Below are positions 21,523 to 33,799 of a stretch of DNA of 33,799 nt, one piece after another. The notes beneath the pieces are model-generated. The model ran no database searches. It was not told the origin of the DNA and saw only the letters and a program-made list of their open reading frames with translations. Each line of letters starts with the position of its first letter. Within the stretch, counting starts at the first letter, position 1. This DNA is from Octopus bimaculoides (Eukaryota). The stretch spans positions 23,433,548-23,467,346 of the forward strand of contig NC_068998.1 in assembly GCF_001194135.2 (NCBI RefSeq), written 5' to 3'. The position numbers and the translations under genes are program-made.

Positions 21523-21740
21523 GGGGCGAGCAGGTAGAAATGTTTGCATGCTGGGCGAAATGCCTAGCGGTATTTCGTCTCTCTTTACCTTCTGAGTTCA
21601 AATTCCGCAGTGGTCGACTTTGCCTTTCATCCTTTCGGGGTCGATTAATTAAGTACCAGTTGCGTACTGGTGGTGGTGGTGGGGGGGTCGATCTAATCGA
21701 CCGACCCCTCCCTCCAAATTTGGGGCCTAGAGTATAGAAG
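21523..21740 (+). mobile_element. Near full-length tRNA-derived SINE with 12-bp target-site duplication
   Basis: AATATACTGACT at 21511-21522 and 21741-21752; B-box-like GAGTTCAAATTCC at 21594-21606; core and tail match the 1673-2523 copies. Confidence 0.92.
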
Positions 21741-22022
21741 AATATACTGACTAGAGCAAATGAATTCAAATCTGCAAACCAATGGAGCATGTGTTTTTAA
21801 TCATTTTATTGCTTTAACAAAAGAAACTGTCATATACGTCTAGAAAATGTCCAACTGAACGCATAGCTCACCACAGTTTTGATCTGATTAACAATGTTTC
21901 TATTGTAGTAATAAATTCCAGAAATCAAAAGTATTTCAAAAGTATTATCAGATTTTTGAAATGTGTAATTTGCTAGTGCTTTCAAGCATTGAAATCTCCA
22001 CCAGGTTACTGTCAAATTCTAA

Positions 22023-22055
<33 letters not shown>

Positions 22056-22412
22056 TTTCCATGCTGGTATAGGTTGGATGGTTTGACTGAGGTCTAGAGA
22101 GCTAACGGCGGCACCAGGCTCCAATGTGATCTGGCAATGTTTCTACAGCTGGATGCCATTCCTAACGCCAACCACTCCGAAAGTGAAGTGGGTGCTTTTT
22201 ATGTTCCACCGGCACAGGAACGAGTCAGGCGAGCCTGGCATCGATCACGTTCGGATAGTGCATTTTACGTTCCACCGGCACGGAGGCCAGTCAGTGGGTA
22301 CTGGTATCGGCCACGTTCCAATAGTGCTTTTTACGTGCCACCGCCACGGAAGCCAATCAGGCGGACTTGGCATCAACCACGTTTGGATGGTGCTTTTTAC
22401 ATGCCACCGCCA
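22023..22412 (-). mobile_element. RTE-clade LINE/SINE 3' end with (ATG)n tail and internal tandem array
   Basis: (CAT)11 at 22023-22055 followed by TTTTCCATGCTGGTATAGGTTGGATGG and GGATGCCATTCCTAACGCCAACC. The latter resembles the recalled RTE 3'-tail motif GGATGCCCTTCCT. Confidence 0.7.
22192..22412 (+). repeat. 66-bp tandem repeat, 3.3 copies
   Basis: Units start GTGC.TTTTA at 22192, 22258, 22324 and 22390. Confidence 0.93.
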
Positions 22413-23158
22413 GTGTATACCCATAGTAAAATCAATTAATAAAATATTTGATGAGAGACATTCTATATGAGACTAATCCTCTTCTAAAGGTGGAGAGGTA
22501 TTTTCAATGTAGCATGTTCTGTTTACAAACAGAATATAGCAATAATGTTTACCTGCTGTTTATATCAGGTACAGCGCCGACGTAAAACTCGATCCTTAAC
22601 CTATTTATATGTATATGTTTTCTGGAACAACTTCATAGGCCCAGCTATTCTTAACTGTTTAATCATTTGTTGATTTACCTCTTTTGTTTTTGTTTTTGTA
22701 TAAATGGTAAAGACAACCCTATCGATTAATGAAGAAAGGATTAATTAGTCGACTTATTTCCAAAAAAATAATCGCAGAGAACTAAAATCTATTTAAATTA
22801 TTTAATAACAAAAGCAGCATATGACTGGTTTCAAAGTATTCCATGAGACCGGCGTTATATTTTAGGTACTCATCTAGTTGCTGTTTGGAATACTGTCTTT
22901 CAACTGTACATTTTAAATCACCATATGTAAACATCACATGATTCGTGTTACACAAACTAGAAATTAAAAGTAAGTTACATTTAAATGTATGCAATTGGAG
23001 GAAAAGAAAACAATATTCCATAAATATCTAGTTCAGGTAATCCGTTATGTCATGATCGAGTTCATCAAGACGTAGGCTTTGATTTCTAGAGTAAATTTCA
23101 CCTCCAAGTTAATAAATATGAAGTGAACAAGAATGTTGTTACTATTTCATGTGAAGTG

Positions 23159-23205
23159 TTAGATGGCAGAGATGAGATATTTTTAGATGGCAGAGATGAG
23201 ATATT
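23159..23205 (+). repeat. 24-bp-period exact tandem duplication
   Basis: TTAGATGGCAGAGATGAGATATT at 23159-23181 and 23183-23205. Confidence 0.95.
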
Positions 23206-23258
23206 AAACCTAAAGCTATTTGACCACGTACTGGTTTAGAAGATAGAGAGTACATTAC

Positions 23259-23330
23259 AAGAATCGTTAGAGCGTTTTAGGTTCGGCGTTTTAAGCTCTA
23301 ATCCCTCTGAAGACAACTTTGCTATTCAAT
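23259..23330 (+). mobile_element. Highly degenerate, internally deleted SINE head
   Basis: AGAATCGTTAGAGCG...CTAATCCCTCTGAAGACAACTTTGCTATTCA loosely matches the head and CAAATTCCGC...GACTTTGCCTTTCA of the intact copy. Confidence 0.35.
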
Positions 23331-24330
23331 ATTTTATTCTTTCACTGCTTATTTATTCGTTTTTCATGCTGGCTACTTCCAACAAAAAATCCTCTTTTTA
23401 TTGCCTTTTGTGCTTGGCTGCAATGTTGGCATTGGGTCTTCTTTCTTTTCATTCTGTAACTGTTATACTTTGTAAATTATGTACATTTAGTGGCGTAATT
23501 CTTTTTATTTGTTTTTATTTTGTATATGAGGGTAATGTTAATCTCGAATGCAATAACATTCTAGAGAATGGTTTCCAGTAACGTGCCCATTACGCTCGGC
23601 AAAACTATTCACGAAGTAATAGAAATGACCCAACTCCTTTATTCGAATCGTAGTTTATTTAGAGAAGAGGACAGAATAAAATAAATCAGTAAGGGCTTTG
23701 AAAAGAATTCGATCCAACGTTTTCAACGACTTTGCTATTGCACCACCTTTCATTTTGTAAGTGATATAATTGATCGCTTTATGAACTTTCAACATTCTAG
23801 GTATTTAAACTCGCATATGAATATGTCTTTTAAAAATATAGTAACTGAAATTTTGTGCTTAACTGTCACCTCAATGAATAATAAATGAAAGAGTAGATAG
23901 TCTAAAGTGCAGGAAATAATTAGGAAAAACGTCGGATATTTACAACTATAGAAAGATATATATCTATTTAATTTTTCTGAAAGAGCTGCAGTTTAGATAA
24001 AAATGTATGAAATGATTTATAAAATCATATTTCTCATGTGTGTTTTCTATATTTAACATATTAAATATACGATAAAGAAACAATCATTACATAATGAAAA
24101 TAATATAATTGTATGTAAAATATCTAGACATGATGAATTGTTGCTTGTAATCATTCCTGATGTTTTTAACGCTCACTCTTAGTTTTACTTGCTTTTAATT
24201 CCCCGTTTATATTCAGATACACGACAGCATCCGACAACATAGAAATATCTCTTTTTGATCCAGCAAGACTTAATATATTAATTTTGATCATGATGTATTT
24301 CATGAAGCATTACTCCTCTCTTTCCTGTAA

Positions 24331-24333
<3 letters not shown>

Positions 24334-24383
<50 letters not shown>

Positions 24384-24438
24384 GAGCGACAGAGAGACAG
24401 ACAGACATGGAGAGAGAGACAGAGAGACAGAGAGACAG
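24334..24438. repeat. (TA)n-(CA)n-(GA/GACA)n compound microsatellite
   Basis: Directly visible. Confidence 0.92.
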
Positions 24439-25517
24439 AGAGGTTGGACAAAATAATGGAAACACCTAGCATCATAGCATCATAATTCTGAAATATCTAT
24501 ATAACCGTCAAAAACGTGTTGCTTTCTATGTGTCTTGATTTATTATTAGTTTTGCTTAATATGTTTTGATAGAATTGCTGTTTCTATTCCCATATCATCA
24601 GAGAAAGGTAATAACCGATCTATCGAACTTTCAAAGAGGTCAAACTGTTTCTGCTCGTATCACAGACGCTAGCGTAACGAAGACAATCGAAATGTTTGCT
24701 GTATCAAGTACTGTCTCGAAAGTAAGAACAGCATTTGAGAAAGAGGGAAAAACCGTCGGACTCTTGCGCGCATTGTTAGAAAGTATCACAAAAGTACAGC
24801 TCCCCAAATTACTGAAGAGCTTAATGTCCACCTCGAGAGCCCAGTTTCCTCAATATCTGTTCTCCGGGAGCTGCACAAAGCCGAATTTTATGGGAGGGCT
24901 GCTATCACAAAACCACTGATTTCAAAAACAAACGTTGCAAGGCGTTAAGAGTGGACGAAAAGCCTACAGAATAAGTCTCTAGAGCAGTGGAATAATGTTA
25001 TTTTCTTGGATGAGTCATCCTTTACCTTATACTTTATTTCCGACCACCGGTCAAATATACGTGTGGAGACTGCCAAATGAAGCAGTTGACCCAGACTGCC
25101 TTCGCCCAACTGTTAGACTTGGAGGAGGATCTGTGATTATGGGGGTGGGGCGTTTACTTGGAAATCTGCAAGCACAAGGGTTTCCCTTGGAAGAATTAAT
25201 AGTCAAGACTATTTAAACATTTTATCTGGTCAAATTGATCCAATGGTTACGGAACTGCTTCCGCAGGGAACGCAATATTTCAGGACGATAATGCGCCAAT
25301 TCACACAGCTAAAGTTATTGGTGATGGCAGGAGGAATATGCTAGTGAAGTCGAACACCTTATTTGGCCCCCAGAGCCCCCATTCTCAATGTTATTGGACA
25401 TTTATGGCGCATTTTTAAAAACAAGGAGTCGATCTCCTCCACCATCATCACTACAAGAACTGGAGAAGGTTTTAGCTGAAGAATGGACAAAATTACAAAT
25501 TTATTTTAACATGGTGT
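24439..25517 (+). mobile_element. Decayed, 3'-truncated Tc1-family DNA transposon
   Basis: Transposase remnant at 24611-25494. Probable left TIR AGAGGTTGGACAAAATAATGGAAACACCT (24439-24467) resembles recalled Tc1 TIRs; no convincing right TIR. Confidence 0.85.
24611..25494 (+). pseudogene. Tc1-like DDE transposase pseudogene
   Basis: N-terminal HTH-like TDLSNFQRGQTVSAR...SVTKTIEMFAVS.TVSKVRTAFEKEGKT; ELHKAEFYGRAAITKPLISKTN; VIFLDESSF (D at 25009); PTVRLGGGSVIM; IFQDDNAPIHTAK (D at 25287); IWPP...LNVIGHLW (catalytic E position reads GGA at 25396); PPPSSLQELEKVLAEEWTKI. Multiple frameshifts, stops and deletions; the start codon is decayed to ATA. Confidence 0.92.
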
Positions 25518-26392
25518 AGGACATGACTATGTATATTTTTTATAAGTTTCCGTCTCTATTTCTGTTGAAATAAATCCTGGTCTGTTCCATTTTATAAAAT
25601 CTAACGTACCAGGTTTGTTACCAGAGTCTGTAGACATTCAAATATATACTTGATTCAAGTTAAATACACATGTCTAGGCGCCGCAATAGAAATCCTGCTG
25701 TCAACTGAAACAAGGAAATAAAGCGAAAACAATATAATATATGTCTGCATGTCTGTGTGCGCATGTGTAAGTATTGTCTCTCTTCTGTCCGTGCCGCACT
25801 TTTATTACAGTAACAGAGAAAGAGCGTAGGCTAAAGAATCCATCGATAAAAGATTGAATCTATTTTAGAAGATATTTATAAGCAAAATTCTTCTATATAT
25901 TTATGGACAAAATGACACCAATATGTATAAAAGAGACAGCATAATAAATTTACTTTTATGTTTCCTTAAAGGGAAATATTGAATTTGAGATGTGGAGATA
26001 TTCAATGTCAGTGATGGGTACGTCGGAACTTATATATCCAATGATATAAAGGTATAAGCTTCCGTTAAGAGACATTTGTAGCATGAGCATGCAATTCCGA
26101 TTATTCTATTCATTTTATTGTTTCCAGTTTTAGTAAAATACATATAATAAAGATGCATCTGTTTGGATATTGCATACTAATAGTGAGTAAGATCTTTAAA
26201 GTCGACAAAATAGCCCGATAATGATGTAGATTTAAAGACACAGTAGGTCTATAATTAGTTTCAGAATACATGTCTTAATTGATTCGTGTCTTCTTTCATG
26301 TACTCTGTTATGTCCATAGGGAATACTATGAACTATTAAATTAGAAAGGCGTTCAATTTGTTAATATTAACATACAAACAAGAGACACAAAC

Positions 26393-26422
26393 CAGTTATA
26401 TTGTTACAGTTATATTGTTACA
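26393..26422 (+). repeat. 14-bp exact tandem duplication
   Basis: CAGTTATATTGTTA x2 plus CA. Confidence 0.9.
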
Positions 26423-27241
26423 AATTAAGAATAGCAATTACCCATAAATGTCGAACTCTATTTTGGTCACGGTTAGAATTAAAACTATTGAAATATGCCA
26501 GCTTGGTACACACTAGTTAAAATTACATAAAAAATCATACTGCTTCTCAAAACCAATTAAAAACTGCAGCAGTTCAAATGAGAAGCAACGTTATCTGTGT
26601 TCTACCTCCCTCATAGTAACATGTAGCTTCTTTATGTTACGTTGTTGGTATGGTAGTGATGAAAAGTTAATGATTTCGTGTAACTGGCTTCAAATAATAG
26701 TCAAAGCACCCTCAAAAAGAATGGGTTGCATTAGTTCATGTTATTCTAAATGAAATACAATGGCAAAGAAATTGATGGTCATGGACGGATTATACTTGAT
26801 TGTAAATGTAAAAGATCATGGTTGGTGTAAATTGAACAGGAATATAACAATGATTACTGACACTACAAATTTTATTATATACAAAGTGGGTGGCCTATAA
26901 CATTCGTTAGCATACTTAAATACATCAAATTTGGTTAAAATGCAATCTGTGCATATTTCATGTGAAACGCATATGGTTAGCTCTATTTGTATATCTTCAA
27001 ACATGGGTGAACATTCAACAATAAATAAATCAATATAAAACTAATCTAGTGTCCAGTAGGGTAAAGACAGTTTTGATTTATAGATTTTTTTCCTGCAGTT
27101 GCGATGATTGATATTGTTATACTTATTGAATAAGTAAACACTGGGACACAGAAACGTAAGCAAACTCACCAATTCCATAAAAAAACAGCTTCACATGAAA
27201 AATATCTCTCTATCTAGATATACCCCCTCTCTCTCTCTCTC

Positions 27242-27450
27242 NNNNNNNNNNNNNNNNNNNNNNNNNNNNNNNNNNNNNNNNNNNNNNNNNNNNNNNNNNN
27301 NNNNNNNNNNNNNNNNNNNNNNNNNNNNNNNNNNNNNNNNNNNNNNNNNNNNNNNNNNNNNNNNNNNNNNNNNNNNNNNNNNNNNNNNNNNNNNNNNNNN
27401 NNNNNNNNNNNNNNNNNNNNNNNNNNNNNNNNNNNNNNNNNNNNNNNNNN
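27242..27450. other. Assembly gap (N run) between (CT)n and (TA)n
   Basis: Ns with microsatellite flanks. Confidence 1.
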
Positions 27451-27993
27451 NATATATATATATATATATACACTCACACACTCTCAACCCCGCACACATA
27501 TATGCGTTTGTGTGTATGCAACTGTATACTGTAGGTGGGTCAGAATGAGTGTATGAATAAAGTTTATTTCTCCTTTAGTATGGACATAGCAAAACTGTGA
27601 GTTGAGTAACGACCTATTAGTGTTCACGTATATTGCAACATAATGCGTTCATGATAGGATGTGCAAGTAGAACTTTCAGCGAATGAACGAGACAATAAAC
27701 ATAAATGCGACTGAATATGCTGAATATGAAGAGGACAAAATACTTTTTAAAGTTAGTCTTCAGCATCGTAAATTACACGTTACGATGACAAGTTTAAAAT
27801 AGATACTGGCAGTTTGATATGCGGTGATGAACTCACGTAATATTAAATAAATTGTTTATCTAAGACGTGCGAAATCCGTCTTAGCATTACTGTAATAATG
27901 ACAAAAGATATTCCTTTCAAAGTAAATGAAATTGTAGTAGTTCTTTGTTTCATATGTTATTTACATGAAACATGAGCCAACAACTTCTATCTT

Positions 27994-28033
<40 letters not shown>

Positions 28034-28060
28034 GTGTGTGTGTGTGTATATATATATATA

Positions 28061-28567
28061 NNNNNNNNNNNNNNNNNNNNNNNNNNNNNNNNNNNNNNNN
28101 NNNNNNNNNNNNNNNNNNNNNNNNNNNNNNNNNNNNNNNNNNNNNNNNNNNNNNNNNNNNNNNNNNNNNNNNNNNNNNNNNNNNNNNNNNNNNNNNNNNN
28201 NNNNNNNNNNNNNNNNNNNNNNNNNNNNNNNNNNNNNNNNNNNNNNNNNNNNNNNNNNNNNNNNNNNNNNNNNNNNNNNNNNNNNNNNNNNNNNNNNNNN
28301 NNNNNNNNNNNNNNNNNNNNNNNNNNNNNNNNNNNNNNNNNNNNNNNNNNNNNNNNNNNNNNNNNNNNNNNNNNNNNNNNNNNNNNNNNNNNNNNNNNNN
28401 NNNNNNNNNNNNNNNNNNNNNNNNNNNNNNNNNNNNNNNNNNNNNNNNNNNNNNNNNNNNNNNNNNNNNNNNNNNNNNNNNNNNNNNNNNNNNNNNNNNN
28501 NNNNNNNNNNNNNNNNNNNNNNNNNNNNNNNNNNNNNNNNNNNNNNNNNNNNNNNNNNNNNNNNNNN
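28061..28567. other. Assembly gap (N run) within (TA)n
   Basis: Ns with microsatellite flanks. Confidence 1.
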
Positions 28568-29193
28568 ATATATATATATATATATATACATACATACATA
28601 CATATATATAACTACCTGCCTACATACCTACATACATGCATGCATATATGTAAATGAAACAATGCAAGATACTGTCACGATATTGAAAGAAAGAATTTTC
28701 GTAAATGCTTCGAAGTATTTAAAATGAGGAATAAAAAAACAGATTCCATGAACTTTGGTATTTCGTGCACCTTGTGTAATCATTTACGTTGTTCAACATA
28801 TCATTTCAAATATACTGGCTTTGGGTTAGTCTCCGTATACCGATTAGCCCAGAAGGATCGTGTAATTCTGTTCTTCAAAAATATTTCTTTAATGGTTCGC
28901 TAACTACTTCTTTACACGCTCACAGACACACACAAGCAAAAACACATATTTCTGTGTGCCTGTGTCGAGTATATTTGTGTGTGTGGGTGTAAACTGCAAT
29001 CTTATGCACGCATATACGAGAGACTGGCAATCACATCTCTATAGGAAGGTAACTATCTATACAGATATGTACATATATATATATATATATATACGTATAC
29101 ATAGTTACGTACATATAGTTATGTGATTGTCAGTGCCGTGTATATGCGTGCATAAGATTGAAGTTTATGAAATTGTAAACATTCTAAAATAAA

Positions 29194-29423
29194 ATAGAAA
29201 ATAATGCAAACAAACTGCTGAAGCCATCCATAAATTCATATGTCCCCCAAATATAGTTGAGTCAACAGAAACAGCATCTTTTAGTGATGTAGAAAGCTAT
29301 CAAAAAGATGGAGATAGCTGCTGTAATATTTCTTCGTTAATACAGCAGGAAATTATATAGACAAAACTTTCAGATTTAATTCTTGAACATATGCAAATGT
29401 ACAAAAGATTAAGAACGATTTTG
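29194..29423 (+). repeat. 230-bp direct repeat, copy A
   Basis: Ungapped match to 30886-31115 (offset 1692), about 27 mismatches by hand count (~88% identity). Confidence 0.95.
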
Positions 29424-30193
29424 GACCAGTGTTATAACATGATTTTTAGTTAAAGTATAGAATATAGCGTAATACTCGTCAAGTTTTACTGATTCAAAAC
29501 GAATAAAATAAATAAAACAAAGAAGGGCATAATCATGTGAAATATAACTGTATGAAAATTGTACGTATCATGAATAGTTTTCACGTGCTAAAAAATCAGA
29601 CCTGTTATATTAAATATATTCCAAGTTTCATCTGCTTAGTATTTCAAAATACTTCCGCAAAACTTTGGTTAATCTGCAAGGGAAACGTCAACTGCAGACG
29701 GACGCTTACAAATGGTGACATAATTTCTTATTGGTTGCTTGGATTGTTTAATAGAATTCGCCGAAGGTCTCTGGATTCAATTTTATTCTCCCAGAAATAT
29801 ATCGCTTTCAGCTTACAAAACGATGTCGCAAATATGTATGTGTCAAATAAGTTTGCAGAATATCAGAAATAATATAACTTTGCTTTAGATTTAGGACATT
29901 CGACGTGGGAAATTGGGCGTAAATTTTGTTTTACAATAATTTATTATTGTCGTATAAAAACATCTCAAGTACCCAATTTAAGTAAAAACGTTTCTCAACA
30001 GACAGAGGAAAATGTTTGAAATATTATAAAATGGCAATTTACTGTAGTAGGCGACCTTGTAATCAACAGCTTCACGTCTAACTGAGGTTAACAGCTTCTT
30101 TCGAATGAAATATTATGAAGGTCTTCGTCTTTGCAAGTCGCAGTAGAATTTTAAATTCTTCAAAATTTATATGTATATATACAAAGGTTCAAT

Positions 30194-30320
30194 CATCCAT
30201 CCATCCATCCATCCATCCATCTTTGCATACATACATACATACATACATACATACAAACATACATACATACATATATACACGCATACATTCACGCATACCT
30301 ACATACAAGCATACATACAT
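30194..30320. repeat. (CATC)n/(CATA)n tetranucleotide microsatellite
   Basis: Directly visible. Confidence 0.92.
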
Positions 30321-30885
30321 TCCTTCATATTTACATATGGAATTAATCTACCTCAGACGTGCAGACGGACAGGACTGCTTGAAATGTCTTTTGAAAGTTT
30401 TTCATATATTTATGCGGATTCCTGCAGTCGAAATCAGTAACTGATTTATTTCTCCATTACGAATGTGAGAAACGCTCTTTACTTACCAGAACAACGTTAT
30501 TCAAACCGGAATTTAAAAACATATACCTTATACAAGGTGGTTAAATAATTTTAGGTTAACACGCTCGTGGCTTAAATCAGTAACATCACCACCGATTAAA
30601 ACAACAGAAGGAAATCAGTGACCTATCTAAGAAGACGTAAGCACTCTTCTCATTCACTTGGGCTCTACATCTAAAGTAATATCTGCTTCGAAGCTATGAA
30701 AAATCCTTTCTAAAAGCCCTGCTATCGGACATATCGATTGATTACCATACACTGGGATGAAGCTAGCATCGCCTTAAGCACACTTACGGCTAAAAAGCTT
30801 CGGCAACATGCGTCTTTCTCTAAAACAAATGGCTTGCTCCCGTGATGTAAATAGATCTTGAAACGCAGAACTCTGCTAGAAAGAC

Positions 30886-31115
30886 ATAGAAAATAATGTA
30901 GACAAACTGCTGAAGCCATCACTAAATTAGTATGTCTCGCAAATATAACTGAGTGAACAGAGACAGCATCTTCTAGTGAAGTGGAAAGCTATCAAAAAGA
31001 TGGAGATAGCTGCTGTAATTTTTCTTCGTTAATACAGCAGGAAATTACATAGACAAAGCTTTCAGGTTTATTTCCTGAACATGTGTAAATGTGCAAAAGA
31101 TTACGAACAATTCTG
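30886..31115 (+). repeat. 230-bp direct repeat, copy B
   Basis: See copy A. Confidence 0.95.
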
Positions 31116-32959
31116 AAGTAAATAAATTTAAGCCTTGCAAACACAGTTCGAATCCAGCACGTCTGCAAAACATTCATGTGCTCAAATTGAACGCTTGACA
31201 ATTCTGCAGTTATCAGATTCACCTCGTAATACAACATAACTTTATTACGTGGATAAAGAAATATAAACAGGGTTAACAACTAGCAATGTCAAATTTTATC
31301 TAATAGAATGTAATAAAATACAATAAAGAAAATCTATAACTAATATCACACTCGAATAGAAAGACTAGAGAAAATGTAACTTCCGTTAGTACGGGATATA
31401 AAGCATACCTACTCCACAAAAAATACATTATACTAAGAACAATTTTAAGCTCAAATCCTGAATTTCCAAAAAGCAGACAAATTATGAAATACTATATTTG
31501 GAGTAATATTACGCTTTCTCTCATTAAAATTACACAATAACGTATTACTGATTTCTACACCTTCTATCAGTAAATACCGTTTTCTCAGATTGGTAGACCT
31601 CAGAATTCTTATCATATTAATCAACATACTTGACAGGTACGTAATTATATACGCAAGGTAATCTATCATGTTTTGAGAATTACACGTGGATAAAAGTATT
31701 TAATATTTATATATTTCATATGATAAGTCTCGCTCATGCAAAAGAACTTGTTAATATCATAGATAATTTTCTTAAAGTATATCCTTGGTGATGGAAGAAC
31801 TTTATGGGGACAATTGACAAGTTGTGGAATATTAGTTGTCAAAATAAAAATATTTCTGTATAATAAAAATACAAATGTACAACTATATACCTACATGTTG
31901 CGCCAGACCCAACTTGATATAGAGCGAGACACAAATGAATATAGAGATGATGTAGGAATGATCACGGAATATAATTGATCACTAACGTAAGAAAACTTTT
32001 TTTGTGCAAGAATCATCTAAACCCGTTCCTGGTTATCACGAAATAGTTCCTCCCCTCATTTCCAACCGTTTTACGCACTGCAACACAAAGGTAACTGCAA
32101 ATAAAAGAAATAAAATCAGATAGGAATAACCTTTCTAATTTTCTACGATCTGAAAATGTCTTTTGAAATTGTTACGTTCGGCGTCTTGTGGATAAATCGA
32201 CAATGTATTATCTGCTCAAACTACTTCCTGTCAGTGGTTCAAGCACTACATGGAAATATACCAGACTTCCTTTCGTGCCATCAGACTTTCAAAAATTCCT
32301 GATTACAAACTGACAGAAAATGGTTATGTTCTAGCTCTAGCATTTTACTTTTGAAACTTTGCTGCAATGCATTATGAATTTCATTATATGCACGGGTTGC
32401 AATGGAGAGTAATCTATTTCTGAAAAGTGTGCACAACACAGCATCAGAGAGTTCAGTATTGGAAAAAAGAAAAACTTGCAAATATTGTTATTAAAATATG
32501 AGCATTAAAAACGAAACTGAATTCTTTAAAACGTCCCATCACACTTTTAATATAGGGTCGTGAAACAGAATGTATTTATTCAAGATCTATTCATATTCTA
32601 GTGATCTTTATAATTGTCTTTTTTATTCAACATGAAATCACGACATAAAGATGTCCTGAATGCTGTTTTGTTTAGTAGGCTGTGAAATCTTGCGTAAAAT
32701 GATGTAAATTTATTTCTATCATCTAACGTATCACTTGTCATGTGATAAATTTCTTACTAAAGATTGAATAGTTGTTCCAAGGTAGAAAAGGAGAAACTTG
32801 GAATAATGAGTTGTAAATATTTCAGGTCTCCAAAAATAAAGTAAATCTAAACTGAATAATCAAACACTTTTGCCCTTATCCAATCTGATACAGAAACTGA
32901 CGTAAACAAGCAGTCCGAATGTATTAATTGCTACATAATTTTTCCCTTTATACTAAGCA

Positions 32960-33030
32960 CACATACACACACAGGCACATACACACAGACACACAGACAC
33001 AGACACAGACACACACGCACGCACACACAC

Positions 33031-33072
<42 letters not shown>

Positions 33073-33122
33073 GGGATGTGTGGGGAATGTGCTTGTTTGT
33101 GTCTGTGTTCTCGTGGTGTGTG

Positions 33123-33203
<81 letters not shown>

Positions 33204-33255
33204 GTATAAATAAATTGCAGTGTGTTTACGTGTGTATGTGTGTGTGTGTTTGTGT
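32960..33255. repeat. Long compound (CA)/(CAGACA)/(TA)/(TG) microsatellite block
   Basis: Directly visible. Confidence 0.93.
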
Positions 33256-33766
33256 ATTGTGATTATACTACTTTAATCGCTTTTAAGCAATTAGTTAAAC
33301 ATATATCAGATGGTAGCTAATGTACGCAATAGAATATTAATTGGAGAAAGAGATAAAAAATAAAGGAAAAAAAAGTTAAATGGAGATAAAAAGATAGTGG
33401 CTATGACCTGTTGTTGATATGATTTATAAACAAACCATAAAATTAAAATTAAACTTGTCATATTATTTCAAGTGGGTTCAATCTAAACGTTCTAATTACT
33501 CCATCTGAAATTAATTATAGATAGCTGATAAACACAAGCGTGAGATCGCACGCCAACACACACACATAGAGAATTACACAGTAGTATAAACAGACATGCA
33601 CATATCTATTAAGAAATGCAGACGCTTTTAGGCATAAACAGCCTTGAAGCATAATATACGCGATAAAATAACAGCACTGCACTTATCTATCATTATTCAT
33701 ACACAGACATACTTACACAAACACATGTTAAAATTACACGTATCTATGTATATATGTGAGCATATA

Positions 33767-33770
<4 letters not shown>

Positions 33771-33799
<29 letters not shown>
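33771..33799. repeat. (TA)n microsatellite running off the window end
   Basis: Directly visible. Confidence 0.95.

Noticed and set aside
25513-25517. GGTGT as the start of the Tc1 right TIR
   Set aside because: A five-base match is not evidence.
27099-27156. Strong-looking acceptor (TTTTTTCCTGCAG) and donor (AAC|GTAAGC) pair
   Set aside because: All three frames contain stops; shows that good splice-site pairs arise by chance here.
29537-29872. 111-aa ORF, and the 95-aa ORF at 30992-31279
   Set aside because: No homology recognised; the duplicate copy shows mostly nonsynonymous changes.

Overview
AT-rich, repeat-dense eukaryotic non-coding (intronic or intergenic) DNA with seven N-gaps, nearly all bordered by microsatellites. 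The SINE families look like those of octopus genomes (my recollection, not a database hit). No complete protein-coding gene is supported, and the long track ORFs are artefacts of N-runs and microsatellites. The window holds: (i) tRNA-derived SINEs, including a four-copy chain at 1673-2523 and a copy with a 12-bp TSD at 21523-21740; (ii) a ~1.9-kb non-autonomous Helitron-like element (6717-8610) with ~270-bp subrepeats and an unrelated ~630-bp insert; (iii) a decayed Penelope-like retroelement ORF (18130-18740) cut by a ~355-bp near-complete palindrome (18746-19100); (iv) an RTE-type 3' tail with a 66-bp tandem array (22023-22412); (v) a decayed Tc1 transposon (24439-25517); (vi) an ungapped 230-bp duplication (29194-29423 and 30886-31115) whose conserved core folds into two hairpins. 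Several hammerhead-ribozyme-like motifs are also present. The most unusual is at 4635-4694 (minus strand), where the three core strands lie in a non-circularly permuted order; this is speculative. Two isolated candidate exons are listed at low confidence.
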